NCBI RefSeq assembly: GCF_009914755.1
Contig: NC_060934.1
Origin: the human T2T-CHM13v2.0 reference genome, Homo sapiens
Strand: one strand, 5' to 3'
DNA length: 64,000 nt
Positions 31,030-44,253 of this stretch are shown here, piece by piece. Position 1 is the first letter of the stretch, and each line of letters starts with the position of its first letter. The translations under genes were made by a program, and so were the position numbers. The notes beneath the pieces are model-generated. The model was not told the DNA's origin. It made no database searches and saw only the letters and a list, made by a program, of their open reading frames with translations.

Positions 31030-31933
31030 AATAGGAAATAGGAGCTATCGAGGCAACCTTGAACCCTGGACATTGAGAGGGTGGCTTGGAGCAACAGATT
31101 CAGCATGGCAGGGGCTTAGGACGTGGGTGCAGAGGGGAGTAGATGGGAGAGAGGGAACTGTGGTGAGAGGCAGAGGCAGGCAGAAACGGGGTCTATGTGC
31201 TATGCCTTGGAGCTTACATTGAGGGAAAAGTGAGTCAGCCAGGGTGTGCAGTGGGGGAAGGACTCAGTTATATCTGCACTGTGGAAAACTACCCTTGAGC
31301 ATTGCAGAGGGAGGCAGGTGGGTGACACTGGAGAAGGCAGCAAGCAGTGAGGAGGTCACTGCAATACTACAGGTGAGAGGTTCCCAGAGCCCAAGCCGAG
31401 CCCTGATAGGAAGCTCAGAGCCAAGGGTCAGGCTTTAGAGATTCAGATGGTGGAGGCTGCAAAATTGCTGGCCCAAGATGAGGGCAGGTTGGGAGGAAAG
31501 GGCAATTGAGATGAACAGCTATTTGTTGGAGTCATTCTTTCTCTCTCTGAAGAAAAGGCATTGGTATTGGCAGATATTGCCATTCCCTTGAGCAATGTGG
31601 AAGGAGGCAGGTGGGTGACACTGGTGAAGGCAGGGAGCGGAGAGGAGGTTACTGCAATATTACAGATGAGAGGTTCCCAGAACCCAAGCTACACAAAGGT
31701 GATGCACAGCCCAGCATCTTGCATCAACTTTGTGGAAGCTGCAGGCCACTGACCTTGGTTCCTTGCACTTTGAAAAGTCAGGCCCACAGCAGGGTTCTCC
31801 GGAGTTCTCTGGAGTGAGAAATAGATCAAGGTGCAGGGAGGAGGAGCTAGTGCCTGGGACGCAGTGGGGAGAACATCACTGCATCCCCAGCAATGCAAGC
31901 CCAAATCTAACAGTGAATCTTGGTTTCTCGCAG

Positions 31934-32032
31934 GAGGTGCTGCATTTACTGAGAGGGGCCCCACAGGAAGTCACGCTCCTCCTTTGCCGACCCCCTCCAG
32001 GTGCGCTGCCTGAGATGGAGCAGGAATGGCAG
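31934..32032 (+). CDS. FRMPD2B: FRMPD2B exon, end of PDZ3 ([33 protein letters not shown]), phase 0 to 0
   Basis: Acceptor tttctcgcag|G, donor CAG|gtaggc; 99 nt. Confidence 0.95.
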
Positions 32033-32498
32033 GTAGGCTGCAGTGTCTTCTACTCTCTCTACCTGGCTCTGGTTGGGCCCCCCTTTTCCAGACTCTAGGG
32101 TCCTAAGAGGGTTGTAGATAGGTTCAGTGCCACCTCCTTTCACAGGGGTAGGAAAATAGCTGGCCCCCAAACCTCAGTAGGTCTCCTTCCTCTCCCTGAT
32201 TCTGCCTCTTCTGACATTTGGGTCTTCTTGTAGATGTTTACATGTTTAGACTTTGGCTGTGAAACTTTTAGGGCCAGGCTCTCTGGAAGCTCAGGCATCA
32301 GAGAGGGAAGCCTGGGAAGAAGGAGAGTAGACACAGAAGCAGACCAAGGGAATTTCCAATAAGAATTTCCATTCTGAGAGATGATGTGGAAAATAGGATA
32401 TATGATTACCCTCCTAAAGCATGAAATAGGCACGTGCAGTCTGGTTCAAAGAAGAGAGCCATTGGAATCAGGAAAATAGGGATTTTTACCTTGACACA

Positions 32499-32950
32499 TA
32501 TATTAGTCAGGTTCTCAGAGAAATAGAACAGATAGAATGAGTGTGTGTGTGTGTGTTTATGTGTGTGTTTATATATGAAGAGAGTGAGAGAAAGAGATTT
32601 ATTATAGGAATTGGTTCATGTGATTTTGAGGGCTGGCCAGTCCAATTCTACAGGGGAGGCCAGCAGGCTGGAGACCCAGAGAATAATTGATGGAGATCAA
32701 GCCCAAAGGTGGTCTGGAGGCAGAACTCCCTCCTCCTCAGAGAGGTCAGTCTTTCCTCTTAAGGGCTTCAGCTGACAGCATGAGGCCCACTACATTATGG
32801 AAGACAATCTGTTTTACTCAAAGTTTGCTGATTTAAATGTCAAATCACATCTAAAAAAAAATACCTTCACAGTGACATCTAGATGGTATGTGACCGCCTA
32901 TCTGTGTACCATGGCCTAGCCAAGTTGACAGATACAATTACCCATTGCCA
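32499..32950 (-). mobile_element. MLT2 LTR (ERVL)
   Basis: tattagtcaggttctcagagaaatagaac, TG/GA microsatellite spacer, end ..ggcctagccaagttgacagatacaattaccc. Confidence 0.8.
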
Positions 32951-33879
32951 TGCCTTCTGTGGGGTTCCTAGGAAACAGATTTTGCAGCAGAGATGTGAGC
33001 GTGGGAGGTTTTATGGGGCCTGCGCTTGAGAACATCCCCTGTGAGGGTGACTGAGGTGGGGTGGGGCAGAAGGAGAGATCAATGTGCAGCTATAAACAGG
33101 GCCTCAGCTGATTCTGGAGGGAGCCCTGGAGCAGAGATGGCCCCTTGGAGCTGCCATGAATTGGGACAAGAGAACCTGTGCCTTTGCTTGTTGCCCTAAC
33201 CAGCGCTGGGGTGTGGGCTGCCCCAGGGGAGGGGAGATGAGGCAGTAGGATGCGAATCTCAGTCCTGGAGGGGGATCTGGGCGGGTACCTGGATCACCTG
33301 TACCTGCTGTGCTGCATGGGCCTTGGGCAGTTGCCTGTCCTCTCTAGGCCCCATGATTCCTCATCTCTAGGATGTGGATAAAAGTGATCACTTATTGTGC
33401 CTGAGGGTGACACCATCACTAGGACAACATAAAGGACTTGATGTCCCAGATCCTGTTGATGCTTAGACTCCAAGAGGTCATTTGACATAGCCTCTAGGGA
33501 GGGAAGAGCTATGGGAAAGATATCCAAAAGTTGCTGGGTTGGAAAAGAAGGTAGACAGCAGCAATTGTGTTAAGAAACCGAACCAGGTGAGAGAGGGCCA
33601 AATTTCACACACACAAATTCAGGCCAAGGTGCTGGGACCCTGTGTTTTTGTTGAAATATCTAGGAAATCCCAGGGAAAAAAGTGGTATTTCCATCCTGGA
33701 GAATAGCTCCTCCCAGGAGAGCCCATAAAGATCTAGCAGGAAGGGTCCAGGTGAGGTGTGGGGGTGAGCTTTCCCTCCTCATACCCGAAGGCCAAGTGGG
33801 AGGATTGTGATTTGCTTGGGTGGCTCCAGTGGTCAGATTGCAGAACAAGGGTCAGCAGCTCTGGGGAGCAAGCATTTAG

Positions 33880-35900
33880 TCCATAAAGTAAAGCACCTCT
33901 GAGAAGGAGGCAGCCATGCCCACATTTGGGGTAAGGGCATTCCAGGCAGAAGGAACAGCATGAACAAAGGCCCTGAGATGGGAACCCACTTGGATGTTTG
34001 AGGGACAAAAATACAAGTGTGCTTGGGCCATCGTTAATGAAGCAGAAGTGGAGGAAGTTGTGGAGGTGGCAGGGACCCTGGAGGGCCTTGGGGATCAGAG
34101 GAGCATGATGCCACCATCCTGCATGCAGTGGGAAGCCACTGGGCTGGCATGGAGGGTTAAGCAGGAAATGCCCTCCTCCGTTCTTCAGAGGGGCCACTCG
34201 GGTTACTGGTGCACAGGGACTAAAGGAGGTCAAGCAGCAGTCATTCAGGTCAAACATGATGTGGCTTGGACTCAGGCTGTAGCTGAAGTGTTAAGAAGCA
34301 GCCAGATTTGGGATACATCTGGGAGGCGGAGTTCAGGAGACTACTTTGGGATTAGAAACAGGCATGAGGAAAGAGAGCAATCAAGCTTTGGCATGAGGAA
34401 GCCTTGGGGAAATGGTGGTACCACCAATGCAGGGTGAAGGAGGGGTAAGAAGGTAAAAAGCCTGATTTTCCTGATTCCAATACCTCTCTTCTTTGCACTA
34501 GATCACATATACCTATTTCATGCTTTAGGAGGGTAATCATAGATCCTATTTTCCACTTCATCTCTCTTGGTACCAGTTCCCAAGAGAGGGACTGCTTACA
34601 GGGGCTGGGGAAGGCCATCTGGGGTGCATGGAAGAGAAACAATAGTTCTTGGTATCATTTAAAACTGAGATGTTTATAGGCTATCCAGTGAAGAGTCTAT
34701 TAGGCAGTTGTGGAGAATAGGCATGAGATCAGGGCTGGGAAAAGTGAATTTGGGAGTTGTCAGCATATATAGAGGTCGTGTAAAGCCATGAAATGGTTGA
34801 GATCACCTTGGGAAAGAGTGCAGATAAGTTCAAGGAGAGGACTGAGAAGTCAGCACAGAGCATAACAACATTGAGAGGCCTGGTACAGAGATGGGACAAC
34901 ATATGAGATTAAGATGGGGCCTGGGAATTGGTGGAAAAACCAAGCAAGGGTGGGGCTCATGGTCAACTCCATGTAAGTAGGGCTAATGAGCAAGGAAGCT
35001 CTCAGGAAGGAGGGAGGGACACACTTTGTTGAACGTTGCTGAGAGAGAGAGTGAAAGGACAAAATATTGTTCTTCAGCTTTAGAAAGATAGAGGTCGCTG
35101 GGGACCCTGATGTGGGCTCCTTCCCTTGGGTGGTAAGGACAGAAGGCTGGTGCTAGTGGGTGCAAGAAAGAAGGAGGGAGGCGTGGAAACGGTGAGAAGA
35201 GACACTCATCTAAGAGGCTGCCATGAAGTAGAGCACAGAAATGGGTGGCGAGAGGTGGAAGCTGAAGTTGGGGTAGGGGCACAGGCTGCTCAGTGGAATT
35301 TGCTGTGGGAAGATGAAGAGTTCTCATCTGAACGTGTCCATTCTCACTGTGAGGTCACAGGCAAGTTCAGGGTGGAGTTGTTAGAAACTTGAAGAGAGAG
35401 ACAAGATGAGAAATAATTTAGAGAGCAGAGGTAGAAAACTGAATGGATTAAGGACACAGAGAAAGATTATGTGGAAGTCTTGACTGCCCATTTGACATCT
35501 GCAGTCACACACTTGAAGCTAATCTAGTCAGAGGCTCAGAAGCAGGGGTGAGGTTCACACAGTTTGAGTAGGAATTAAAATGGAAACTCAGAATCTGCAA
35601 GTGACACGTGATGGAGGAAGAGAGGGGCAAGGAGGTGGGAGCTCAGGGTCTTCCTTGTCTGTAAGTGAGCATCTAGGGGCAGAGCCATGGAATCTAAGCA
35701 GAATAAGAGGCACACCGAGGACATGTGTGACAGGGAAGGGGAGTGGGGGTAATGATGAAAAGCAGCAGCTCCACAGACTGGAGGTCTTGGAGTGGGGAAG
35801 GATTGCTGGAGAGCATGTCCAGGGATAATGAGCTAGAAGGAGAGGATAGGTTAGAAAACAGATTTTGGAGGTCTCTCCAAAGAGTATGAAAATGTGACAA
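33880..35900 (+). mobile_element. Ancient L2 remnants
   Basis: Purine-rich L2-like phrases (gcattccaggcagaaggaacagcatgaacaaaggccctgag; tttgggagttgtcagcatata; aaagccatg); boundaries approximate. Confidence 0.6.
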
Positions 35901-36959
35901 AATATGGTCTTCTTAAAATTTTGATTTTTGGTGTATCCTTTATAATGTCCAGTCTATCAGAAGAGTAGTAAATGTTTATGATTTATAATTAAATAAATGT
36001 GCACATTTGGAGGTGTATCCCTCTCATTGTTAGGGATGTACAATCAGAAATGTGGGGAGACCACTCATTGGGGTGGTTCTTCTTTTGTAGGTGAGGGCAG
36101 GGGTGGGAACCCAGGCATGGGCTCTATTACATCAGGTATGGAGATCATGGGGTGGAAGTGCTGGAAGATAATTTTCAGGAAAAGGTAAAATCATGATTCC
36201 TACAGATATAAAAATGAACACGTTAAAGATTTTATTTAACTCATTCAGTGAGGGAACCAGGCAGATGTTAAAACTGGCTCAAAAGAGATTTCAAAGGACC
36301 TGTTTATTTATAGAGTTGTAAAATAGCTCAAAGACAGTGGAGACAGCCAGAATCAGAGAACCCAGCAAGTTCTGCTGTAGATAAAAACAGTTTTCTACTG
36401 AAACACAGATTGTTTTTCTGTAGAAGGTCAAGCAGTGGCAGCAAGACATAGCACATCATCAAAACCAGAACCTAAAAGGCTGACAGGGAGGTGAGCAGTT
36501 GAGACGAAGCAAGTCATGTCTGGGAAAGTGAGGAGGAGACCCAGGAAAGAACATCACCTTGATGGGGGTGGAGACAGGGAGACAAGCCCTGAGATGACAG
36601 ATGAAGATGAAAAACTTAAAAAGAAACATTTCTTATCGGAAAGTGGAATAGAGTCATTGTTTTGCATATTTATCTTCCATTTTTATCTTTGTCTAAATTT
36701 TGCAAATATTTTTTATTTAAAAATAAGGCTCACATTTATGGAGAGCTTCCAAAGCCCCCTAAGCTAAGGTGCCTGAGTGTGTTGCCCAGTGTCCAGCTGG
36801 GAGCATGTGGAGGAGCTGGGATGCTATGGTGATAGACAGACCTCAAAGCCCATCTTGTAACTACTCTGATCTATAATCACATGGGGGAAAAAAGCTTTGT
36901 ATTTTTAAAAAAACAATGTGCATCCCGCAGCCAGTAATTAGTAGCATTTCTTTTAATAG

Positions 36960-37303
36960 ACACCTGAACTCTCAGCTGACAAAGAATTCACCAGGGCAAC
37001 ATGTACTGACTCATGTACCAGCCCCATCCTGGATCAAGAGGACAGCTGGAGGGACAGTGCCTCCCCAGATGCAGGGGAAGGCCTGGGTCTCAGGCCAGAG
37101 TCTTCCCAAAAGGCCATCAGAGAGGCACAATGGGGCCAAAACAGAGAGAGACCTTGGGCCAGTTCCTTGACACATTCTCCTGAGTCCCACCCTCATTTAT
37201 GCAAACTTCACCAAGAAAGGGATGAATCAACATTGGCGACCTCTTTGGAAAAGGATGTGAGGCAAAACTGCTATTCAGTTTGTGATATCATGAGACTTGG
37301 AAG
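36960..37303 (+). CDS. FRMPD2B: FRMPD2B exon ([22 protein letters not shown]), phase 0 to 2
   Basis: Acceptor tttcttttaatag|A, donor AAG|gtaaga; 344 nt; translated by hand, no stop (missing from the ORF track for lack of an early start codon). Confidence 0.94.
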
Positions 37304-37690
37304 GTAAGAATCACCACATTTGCAGACATTTTGTAAACTATGTGCATCTCATTGCTAGGAAATTGTAATCAAGCCATCAATAACTATGCTTGGATGATTT
37401 TGTGCCCAGCACTGTTCCAGGCATTTAGAAGAGAGGTTGCAACAAGAGAAGCATAAGGTCTGGTGCTGCTGTGACCACCTGTGAGCTTTTGGGAAAGCAA
37501 ACCCTACCCAGACCACAATTGTCCCCAATATGTCTTGGAAGCTATAGGTGGCAGGCCTCAGGTTTTCTCCTGGCACACAAACCTTTCTCTTGTATCTTCC
37601 ATGGCCTGTTAAAGCTTTGTAGTAAGAAGGAAGTTCCTACATGCATCCTCGTTTCTATTGCTAGTATAATGCTTCATTATCAACATCAGC

Positions 37691-37820
37691 TTTTTTTTTT
37701 TTTTTAAAGATGGGGTCTTACTATGTTGCCCAGGCTGAATTCAAAATCCTGGGCTCAAGTGATCCTCCCACCTCAGCCGGTCAATAGCTGGGTCTACAGG
37801 CACCAGCCATCATGCCTGGC
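37691..37820 (-). mobile_element. FLAM (Alu monomer)
   Basis: T tail plus a single arm; TSD-like acatcagc/acaccagc. Confidence 0.8.
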
Positions 37821-40800
37821 TACACCAGCTTTTGTTTTCTGAACACATCTATATCTTCAAGACCACCCTGCAACATTCATTTTCACAGTCATTTTAAATT
37901 TAGTCTGCATTTTTGTGTCCATCCATCTGTAAGTATTTCCGATTCTCAGTCCTATGCTGAGGGAACACATAGTCTTTGATTCAGTTTGACAAGTACTTAT
38001 TACACAAGGTGCTTGGAAACCTGTTGAGAGCAGACAGAGGGCTGCACATGTAGGGTAAGACCTGCTTCTAGCATTTGCCAGCCAGAGGCATGGGCACAAA
38101 GCAGGTAAATAACAAGGGGCAATTGTTTGTGTTTGACACTCTATAAACCCACTGAGATTAAATGGCTCTCATTTGGTAGCCATCCTAGACGACTGTCAAA
38201 GGTAGATCCATAGGAAATGATAGTCTCTGTGAAGTGTGAAGCAGTCGTGTAATACCGTTGGACCCGATGAGAGCTGTGACAAGCAGGAGCCAGGCATGCA
38301 TTCCCTAAAAGTACCCTGCTACAATTTTTTGAAGAATGCTGTGTCAGCCAAACAAAAGCTAACTGGTTTGCAAAGTAGAACAGGGTGAACAAGCACATTC
38401 ATCAATGATATTCACTTTCGTTGTCTGATAATGTATAACATAAGTGTATTTATAGTTCTTTACAATTGCAGTCTAGGCAGTAATTGACATACTTGATAAA
38501 ATAATAAAGAAAGTAACCTACAGAGACTTGTCCAAGGACAACTATTACCATGATCTTAAAGGATATATTACAGGAACGGTACTTTCCTGTAGGGAGGAGG
38601 CACTTGTTTGGATATTGAAAGGTTTTGCTGCCAGATAGCTTGGGATAATGAACAGGGACCCTGAGAGCTGAATTATAAAGTGACCCTGGGTATAGGTACA
38701 AGCTGGGAATTTGACTTGCCAAGTGCCTTTAATTTAATATAGCCAATAGTTATTTAAAATGGTATTTTAAACTATTAGTATAGGCAGTCACTGTTTCATT
38801 CATTAAACTACAGAAAATCAGCCTGTTCAATATAAAAATGATCTAATCTAGCCTCAAACTCCATGCTGGAATCTGCTCCATAACATTCCTGAAGAAGGGG
38901 TCCCAGCTTTTGCTTGAATATCTGCAGGGATGCGGAACTTGCTACCTCTTGAATGACCCATTTTATCATCATCTAGTTACTGATCAGAAGGTTCTTCCTT
39001 ACATTAAGGTGAAATCTTTATGCTGTTATGCTGTTCTTATAGGGCCAGCATTTAAAGTTACACATTTTGCATACAGCATGGCTCATAAATTCAAGCCTCC
39101 TAACTTCATCTGAAGCTCAACCAAAGAAAAAGTGATTTGCTCCCACATCTTCCACATCTTTATGCCTCTTTATGTCTTCTACTTCCAAGTCCGGATACCT
39201 ATTTCTGCCTATCTGTTAGCATTTGCTGTTTTTTTTTTTTTTTCATCAAACATCACATTATTCTGTTTTTCTGAACCAAATTAAATTTGGCTTAGTGGCC
39301 CTATTTGCAAGGGTATACCAGATGTCCAAAATCTGTCATTCTTGGAGGGACTGCTCCTTTTAGAGCCACACGAGAGTCCCAAGGGCTTGTCCAGAGCATT
39401 CCAGGGGAGTCTCCTATCTTCAGTCTGTTGTGAACGCCCATCAACCATCATACTCACTGCCGGGCCCACATGGTCCATGTACCCATGGATGAACTGTGAG
39501 CAGGCAGCTTTACTGTTCTCGGTATCCTGGCTCTCTCAATGGCCAACCGCACCCCCTTTTTCTCTTGCCTCCCTGTGGTAGTTCTGTTGATGAATGCTTT
39601 CTGCCTCATCACATTTCCTGGCTTTATTTTTACTTCGTTTTCCCTCCCTCACTTAGGAACCTTTCCTCCCCTCTGAAAGAACTCAAACCAAGTCCACCTC
39701 TCCTCCAATAGGACGTCAGTTTGCATTTAATGCACACATAGTGGCTGCCCCCTACAGGAAGAAAAGAGGGACGCATGCCCAGCGACCCCTGGACACAGTT
39801 CCCCCAGCTCCTGGATAGGGTCTGAATCAGGATTCCAAAGTGGGATTGTGACTCTGCAGAAGCCTTAGAAGTGTTTGCAGCTCAGTTCTGAGGTGACTGT
39901 CGCAGGCCACTGCCTCTTAAGTGTCTGGCATCTGTGAGTTAAACTCTTCAACAAAAAGAGCATGGATTTCTGTATCCTATTATGTGGTTTCAGCGTTGCC
40001 ACTTACTAGTATGCCTGGAGCGTTGCCTTCCCTAAGCTGGAGGCTTCCCAAATGTAAATGGGGACCATGACAGTTCCACAGGGTACTGTGCAGGTCAAAA
40101 GAAATAGCACGCTCAGGGTGCTGTCACAGTGCCTGGCATGCGGTAAGAACTCAATGCAAGTCTGTTTTCCTTCCCTTTCCTGAGCTATTTCCAGCTAAAG
40201 AACAGGTCCCTTCAATTGAAATTCCCAGCAAATTGCCGGAACTTACCATCTGCCAGGTGGCAATTTCCTACAGCCAGATGGCTGCCAGCACCACAGCAAA
40301 CCCAAAGTGTTCATGGACAAGATTCGATTTCACTTTCTTTCCCTGTTCTCTTTTCTCACACTCTATATCTAGAGATTTTACCATCTAGTAGTAGATCTTT
40401 ATAAAAATATCTTGTAATAAAGCAGTACAGTACATTTTTATGAAGGAGAGTTGGATTACGTGCCTATCAGAGGGAAAGCTTGGCTGGAGACATATTTTTT
40501 ATAAGGTTAGTTCCTAAAGGTAGGCAGAAGGCAACAATCACATCAAGTCTCATTACCCTTGAAACATCACTTTGGAAGGAGTGATGTTATTTGCCCCTTG
40601 GTGTGGGAGCAAATCACTTTTTGTTTGGTCGAGCCTCAGATGAAGTTAGGAGGCTTGCATTTATGGGCCATGCTGTATGCAAAATGTTTGTCTTTAAATG
40701 CTGGCCCAATAGAAACAGAGACAGATTGACAGGATGAAAGATTTAGTTCTCCCACTCATGTGCACTTCAAGGCTTACACTTATCGGTTGGAAAGTTGGTC

Positions 40801-43257
40801 TTTGCAGAATGTTTAAGGTTATCTTTCTCTTTCTCTTTTTGCCTAGCACATATCATTAAACTCATGTAAGTAAAATGCACGTAAGTTCCACAAGCATCAC
40901 TTTGTGAAAGTGATGGTATAAATCTTGATGGTCATTTATTTAAGAAAGCAAAATGAAGCAGGACTCCTGGAAATGAACCTAAAGTTATGATATACCTTCT
41001 GGGGAAGGGCACTGCCTGGAATAGCAAAAGATAATTAGGAGGCCAGAGATCTCACTCAACTGCAGGGGCCGGGCCAGGTGTGATGTCAGAGTAGTTAGGG
41101 AGGGATGCAGTTGCCAGGTGAGGGAGATGTCATGCCTGCTCTTGGGTTGGAGTGTGGCTGAGGGGAGTGAGGGAGGCGGCAGAGCCTGGGCTAGATCCTG
41201 GATGCTGCCTCTAGCAGGATTCTCTTTACACCTTACAGGCTCCCAGGGCTATCCTTGGGTATCCCCAGATACCCAGGGGTATCTGTCCACACTACTGTGA
41301 CAAATCCTAAGTATTGTACTTCAGCTCAGATTTATCATCTGAGCTTCAAATCTGGCAGTCCGTTGAACTTGTTTACTTTGATGTCTTAGAGATACTGTAA
41401 ATCCAACCTGCCAAAACTAAATGCAGTTGTCAGGAGCAGAGACCTGGGGCTCCCAGCTGTGTCATCAGGGCTAATGGAGACATCAGTATGGGGCCTGATG
41501 TTGGAGAACTGGAGACATGAAGGGACACAAACCCCAAACTTTGTTGTGAGTTTAACCGTAAGTAAATAGGACAATTATAATACCTTCATATTTCAAGCCT
41601 GAAATGCCCAATCTGCTTCTATGAATTTCCTCCTGAAAGGCAGAGATGAATTTGGTGGCCCAAGTCTTTAAAGGACAGCTGTCCAGAAAAGTTGGGCACA
41701 GTGTCTTTTCTCAGTAAACATTCTGTAGCAAGCAGAGCCTTCAGAATGGTTTCACTGACTTCAGAGCTGAACTGGGATTCCTCTTAAAAATACCCACTGA
41801 AGAGTTTCAGGACTTGGTGGGGACCCTGGTTCTGGGGTCCTGCTGGTTTGTATGGGAGACATGGCTGGCCAGGAAGCCCAAGTGAAATCTCCAGATTCTC
41901 CTCTAGTTATCATCTGTCTATAAAAGCCTCCTTCTGTTGGACAGCTTGGTGGGCAGAGAGTGAGGGCAGGAAGAAGCTGAGATCATTACACAGAATCAGG
42001 GGGTGAGCAGAGAGCCCCGTGTACTCCGACAGCATCAGGGTCTTGCTGAAAGTCCTGCTACATTAGCCATGAGCTGGCCGGCCTTGAACCCTGGGTGAAG
42101 AACTCCACCTCTTTACTCATCATGTCCACATGCAAAACATGAGGCTTGCTGTGAAAGAATGTCTCTATCTTAATGAAATTCTCCAAATTTCCAAGTCTTG
42201 CCCTTTCTGTGAAATAGGCATACAGGCTTCTGGTGCCTCTTTATTCCCTATTCACCCTTTCCCTATGTCCACAGTTGAGCCCCAGGTCAAATCTCCAAGG
42301 GCAGCCTGATGGCACGTGCAAAAGGATAGAAGGAAAGGCAGTCGTTCTCCCAACTTGTGGTGGGATGATGGCCAAGATTTCACCCTTGGGACCACCAAGT
42401 CCCCCTGGACAAGTGGGGAGCAAATCGCTTTTTCTTTGGTTGAACCTCAGATGAAGCCTTGCCTCTTGCCTCTCAGGCTGATGGCTTCTCTAGGTCTCTG
42501 TCCAGGCAGAGCCAGTAGCTGGAGCTCAGAATCAAAACCAGAGGGCAAGGAGCTTATTAGAAGAGGTGGAGGGAGTCTACGGGTGGGAGGTGAGGTGTGG
42601 ACACTGAGGCAGCTGCAGTGGCCAATGGACACATACAGCTGCCATCTTCCACTCCTCAACAAGGCTTAGTGAGCTCAGAAAGGAGGGAAGGGGGTGCTGC
42701 TTGAGGTGGTGGGGACAGTGGTGAGCCTAGGCCTGGGCAATAGGCTAGATTTCCCATTCTTTGATAAAACTTCTTGAATGTTTCTTTCCCATGTTTATAA
42801 GAAAACACAGTTTCTACATGATTTAGCCAAGCTTAAAGTCAATTTTCCCTGCAAATGCTCAAGAATTAAAAATGTCTTTTGACAGTGAGTGTTCCTCTTC
42901 AGTCTTTGTAGAATAATTTCTTTTTTATACACTTGAGTGTGCATATATTTACATGAAATTCACTATTTCACATACCTTGTAGCTCTCATGAGTGGAAATA
43001 ATGTCTCTTTCACAGTGAAGCTCAGTTTGGGACAGATGCTTCCGGCTCTACTGGGGAGGAGGACGTGCTCTCTGGGTATCTAAGGGTTTGTAGCTATTGG
43101 GGTGCACCAGAGCCAATTTTAAGAGAAAGAGGCAATGCAGGAAAGGAGAAGGAGAGCAGCAGCACATAACAAAGCCAACCCATTGATTTGGGTGGGGGTA
43201 AGGAGGCTGAGAAATGAGGATCCATGTATTTGCTAAATCTTTGTGCTTTTCTCTTAG

Positions 43258-43306
43258 ATATTCCTTCTCATCTCCTCTAACCAGACTTTCGACAGATATT
43301 TTCTGA
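43258..43306 (+). CDS. FRMPD2B: FRMPD2B terminal coding exon (R-YSFSSPLTRLSTDIF*)
   Basis: Strong acceptor ctttgtgcttttctcttag|A; phase 2 completes AGA; TGA at 43304-43306. Confidence 0.92.
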
Positions 43307-43838
43307 GCACCTTCTCTGCATGTCTGCAGTGCTGTGTAAAATGCCCTACCTTTGCATGGACTATTCTTTCTAATCAAGAGGCGTGTGTGGCGAACTTGGG
43401 GCAGCCCCTGGAAGTCTTGTTCTTTGACCATTACGTCTGCGGCTGCATCACCAGATAATGAGCTTCACCACTTGTCTGCCTCCTGTGTCCTTCCGCGGGG
43501 AGTAAATGTCACTTCAGCTTGCCGCATCTCTAAATAGGCAAATTTTCAGTGCTCAGAAAAGGACCTGATCTTTGCACAAAGTGCTTTGATGGTTGCCTGC
43601 TTGAGTCACTCCCAATCCCTTCCTGAAGCCCTTTCTTTATAATTCTTCTGTTGAAATAGCCATCATATTCACAGTACTAATCACAGCATCTCACATTTAC
43701 TAAAAACTTACCCCATACCAGGAACCCAGAGTTGGGGGGGCTGTGTCAGAATTATGTAATTTACGTGTCCCAATAATCCTAGATGCTTCTTGACCATCTA
43801 GTTTTGTCAAATGAGAAAACTGAGGTTCCAAAGAAGTC

Positions 43839-44050
43839 AATAAACTTGTCCAAAGTCTGACCGACTCTGCTTGCCATGTGACGAGTCTGTCTTAGAACTG
43901 GGTCATTGCCCTGCTTGCAATGCTGTGCCCTCTGGCAAGCCCCCCCACCCCCCTGGTCTCCTGAGCTCGGTAAGGTGCTCCAGCTGCCTCTACCATAGCA
44001 CTTCCTACATGGACTGTAACATTTCTTTACTGCTCCAACTTCTCATTAAA
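43839..44050 (+). terminator. Candidate poly(A) signals of FRMPD2B: AATAAA 43839-43844 (in a MIR-like remnant) and ATTAAA 44045-44050
   Basis: Hexamers seen 530 and 740 nt after the stop codon; usage not demonstrable from sequence. Confidence 0.5.
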
Positions 44051-44253
44051 TTGGGGGCTCCTCAAAGCCAGGGTTGGTGCCTTATAAGTTTCTTGCTTCC
44101 TGGTGCCCAGAGCAGCCTCTGGCATGAGCTGTTTGAACACTGGCTGAGTCTCACGGGCCTGTGTCGTGCAGAGTATTCTAAAAGGCAAGGGGAAGGTGGG
44201 GTGAGGAATTTTTTTTATCAAGGCTGGAAGAAACATGGGCTTCTGTATTCTAG

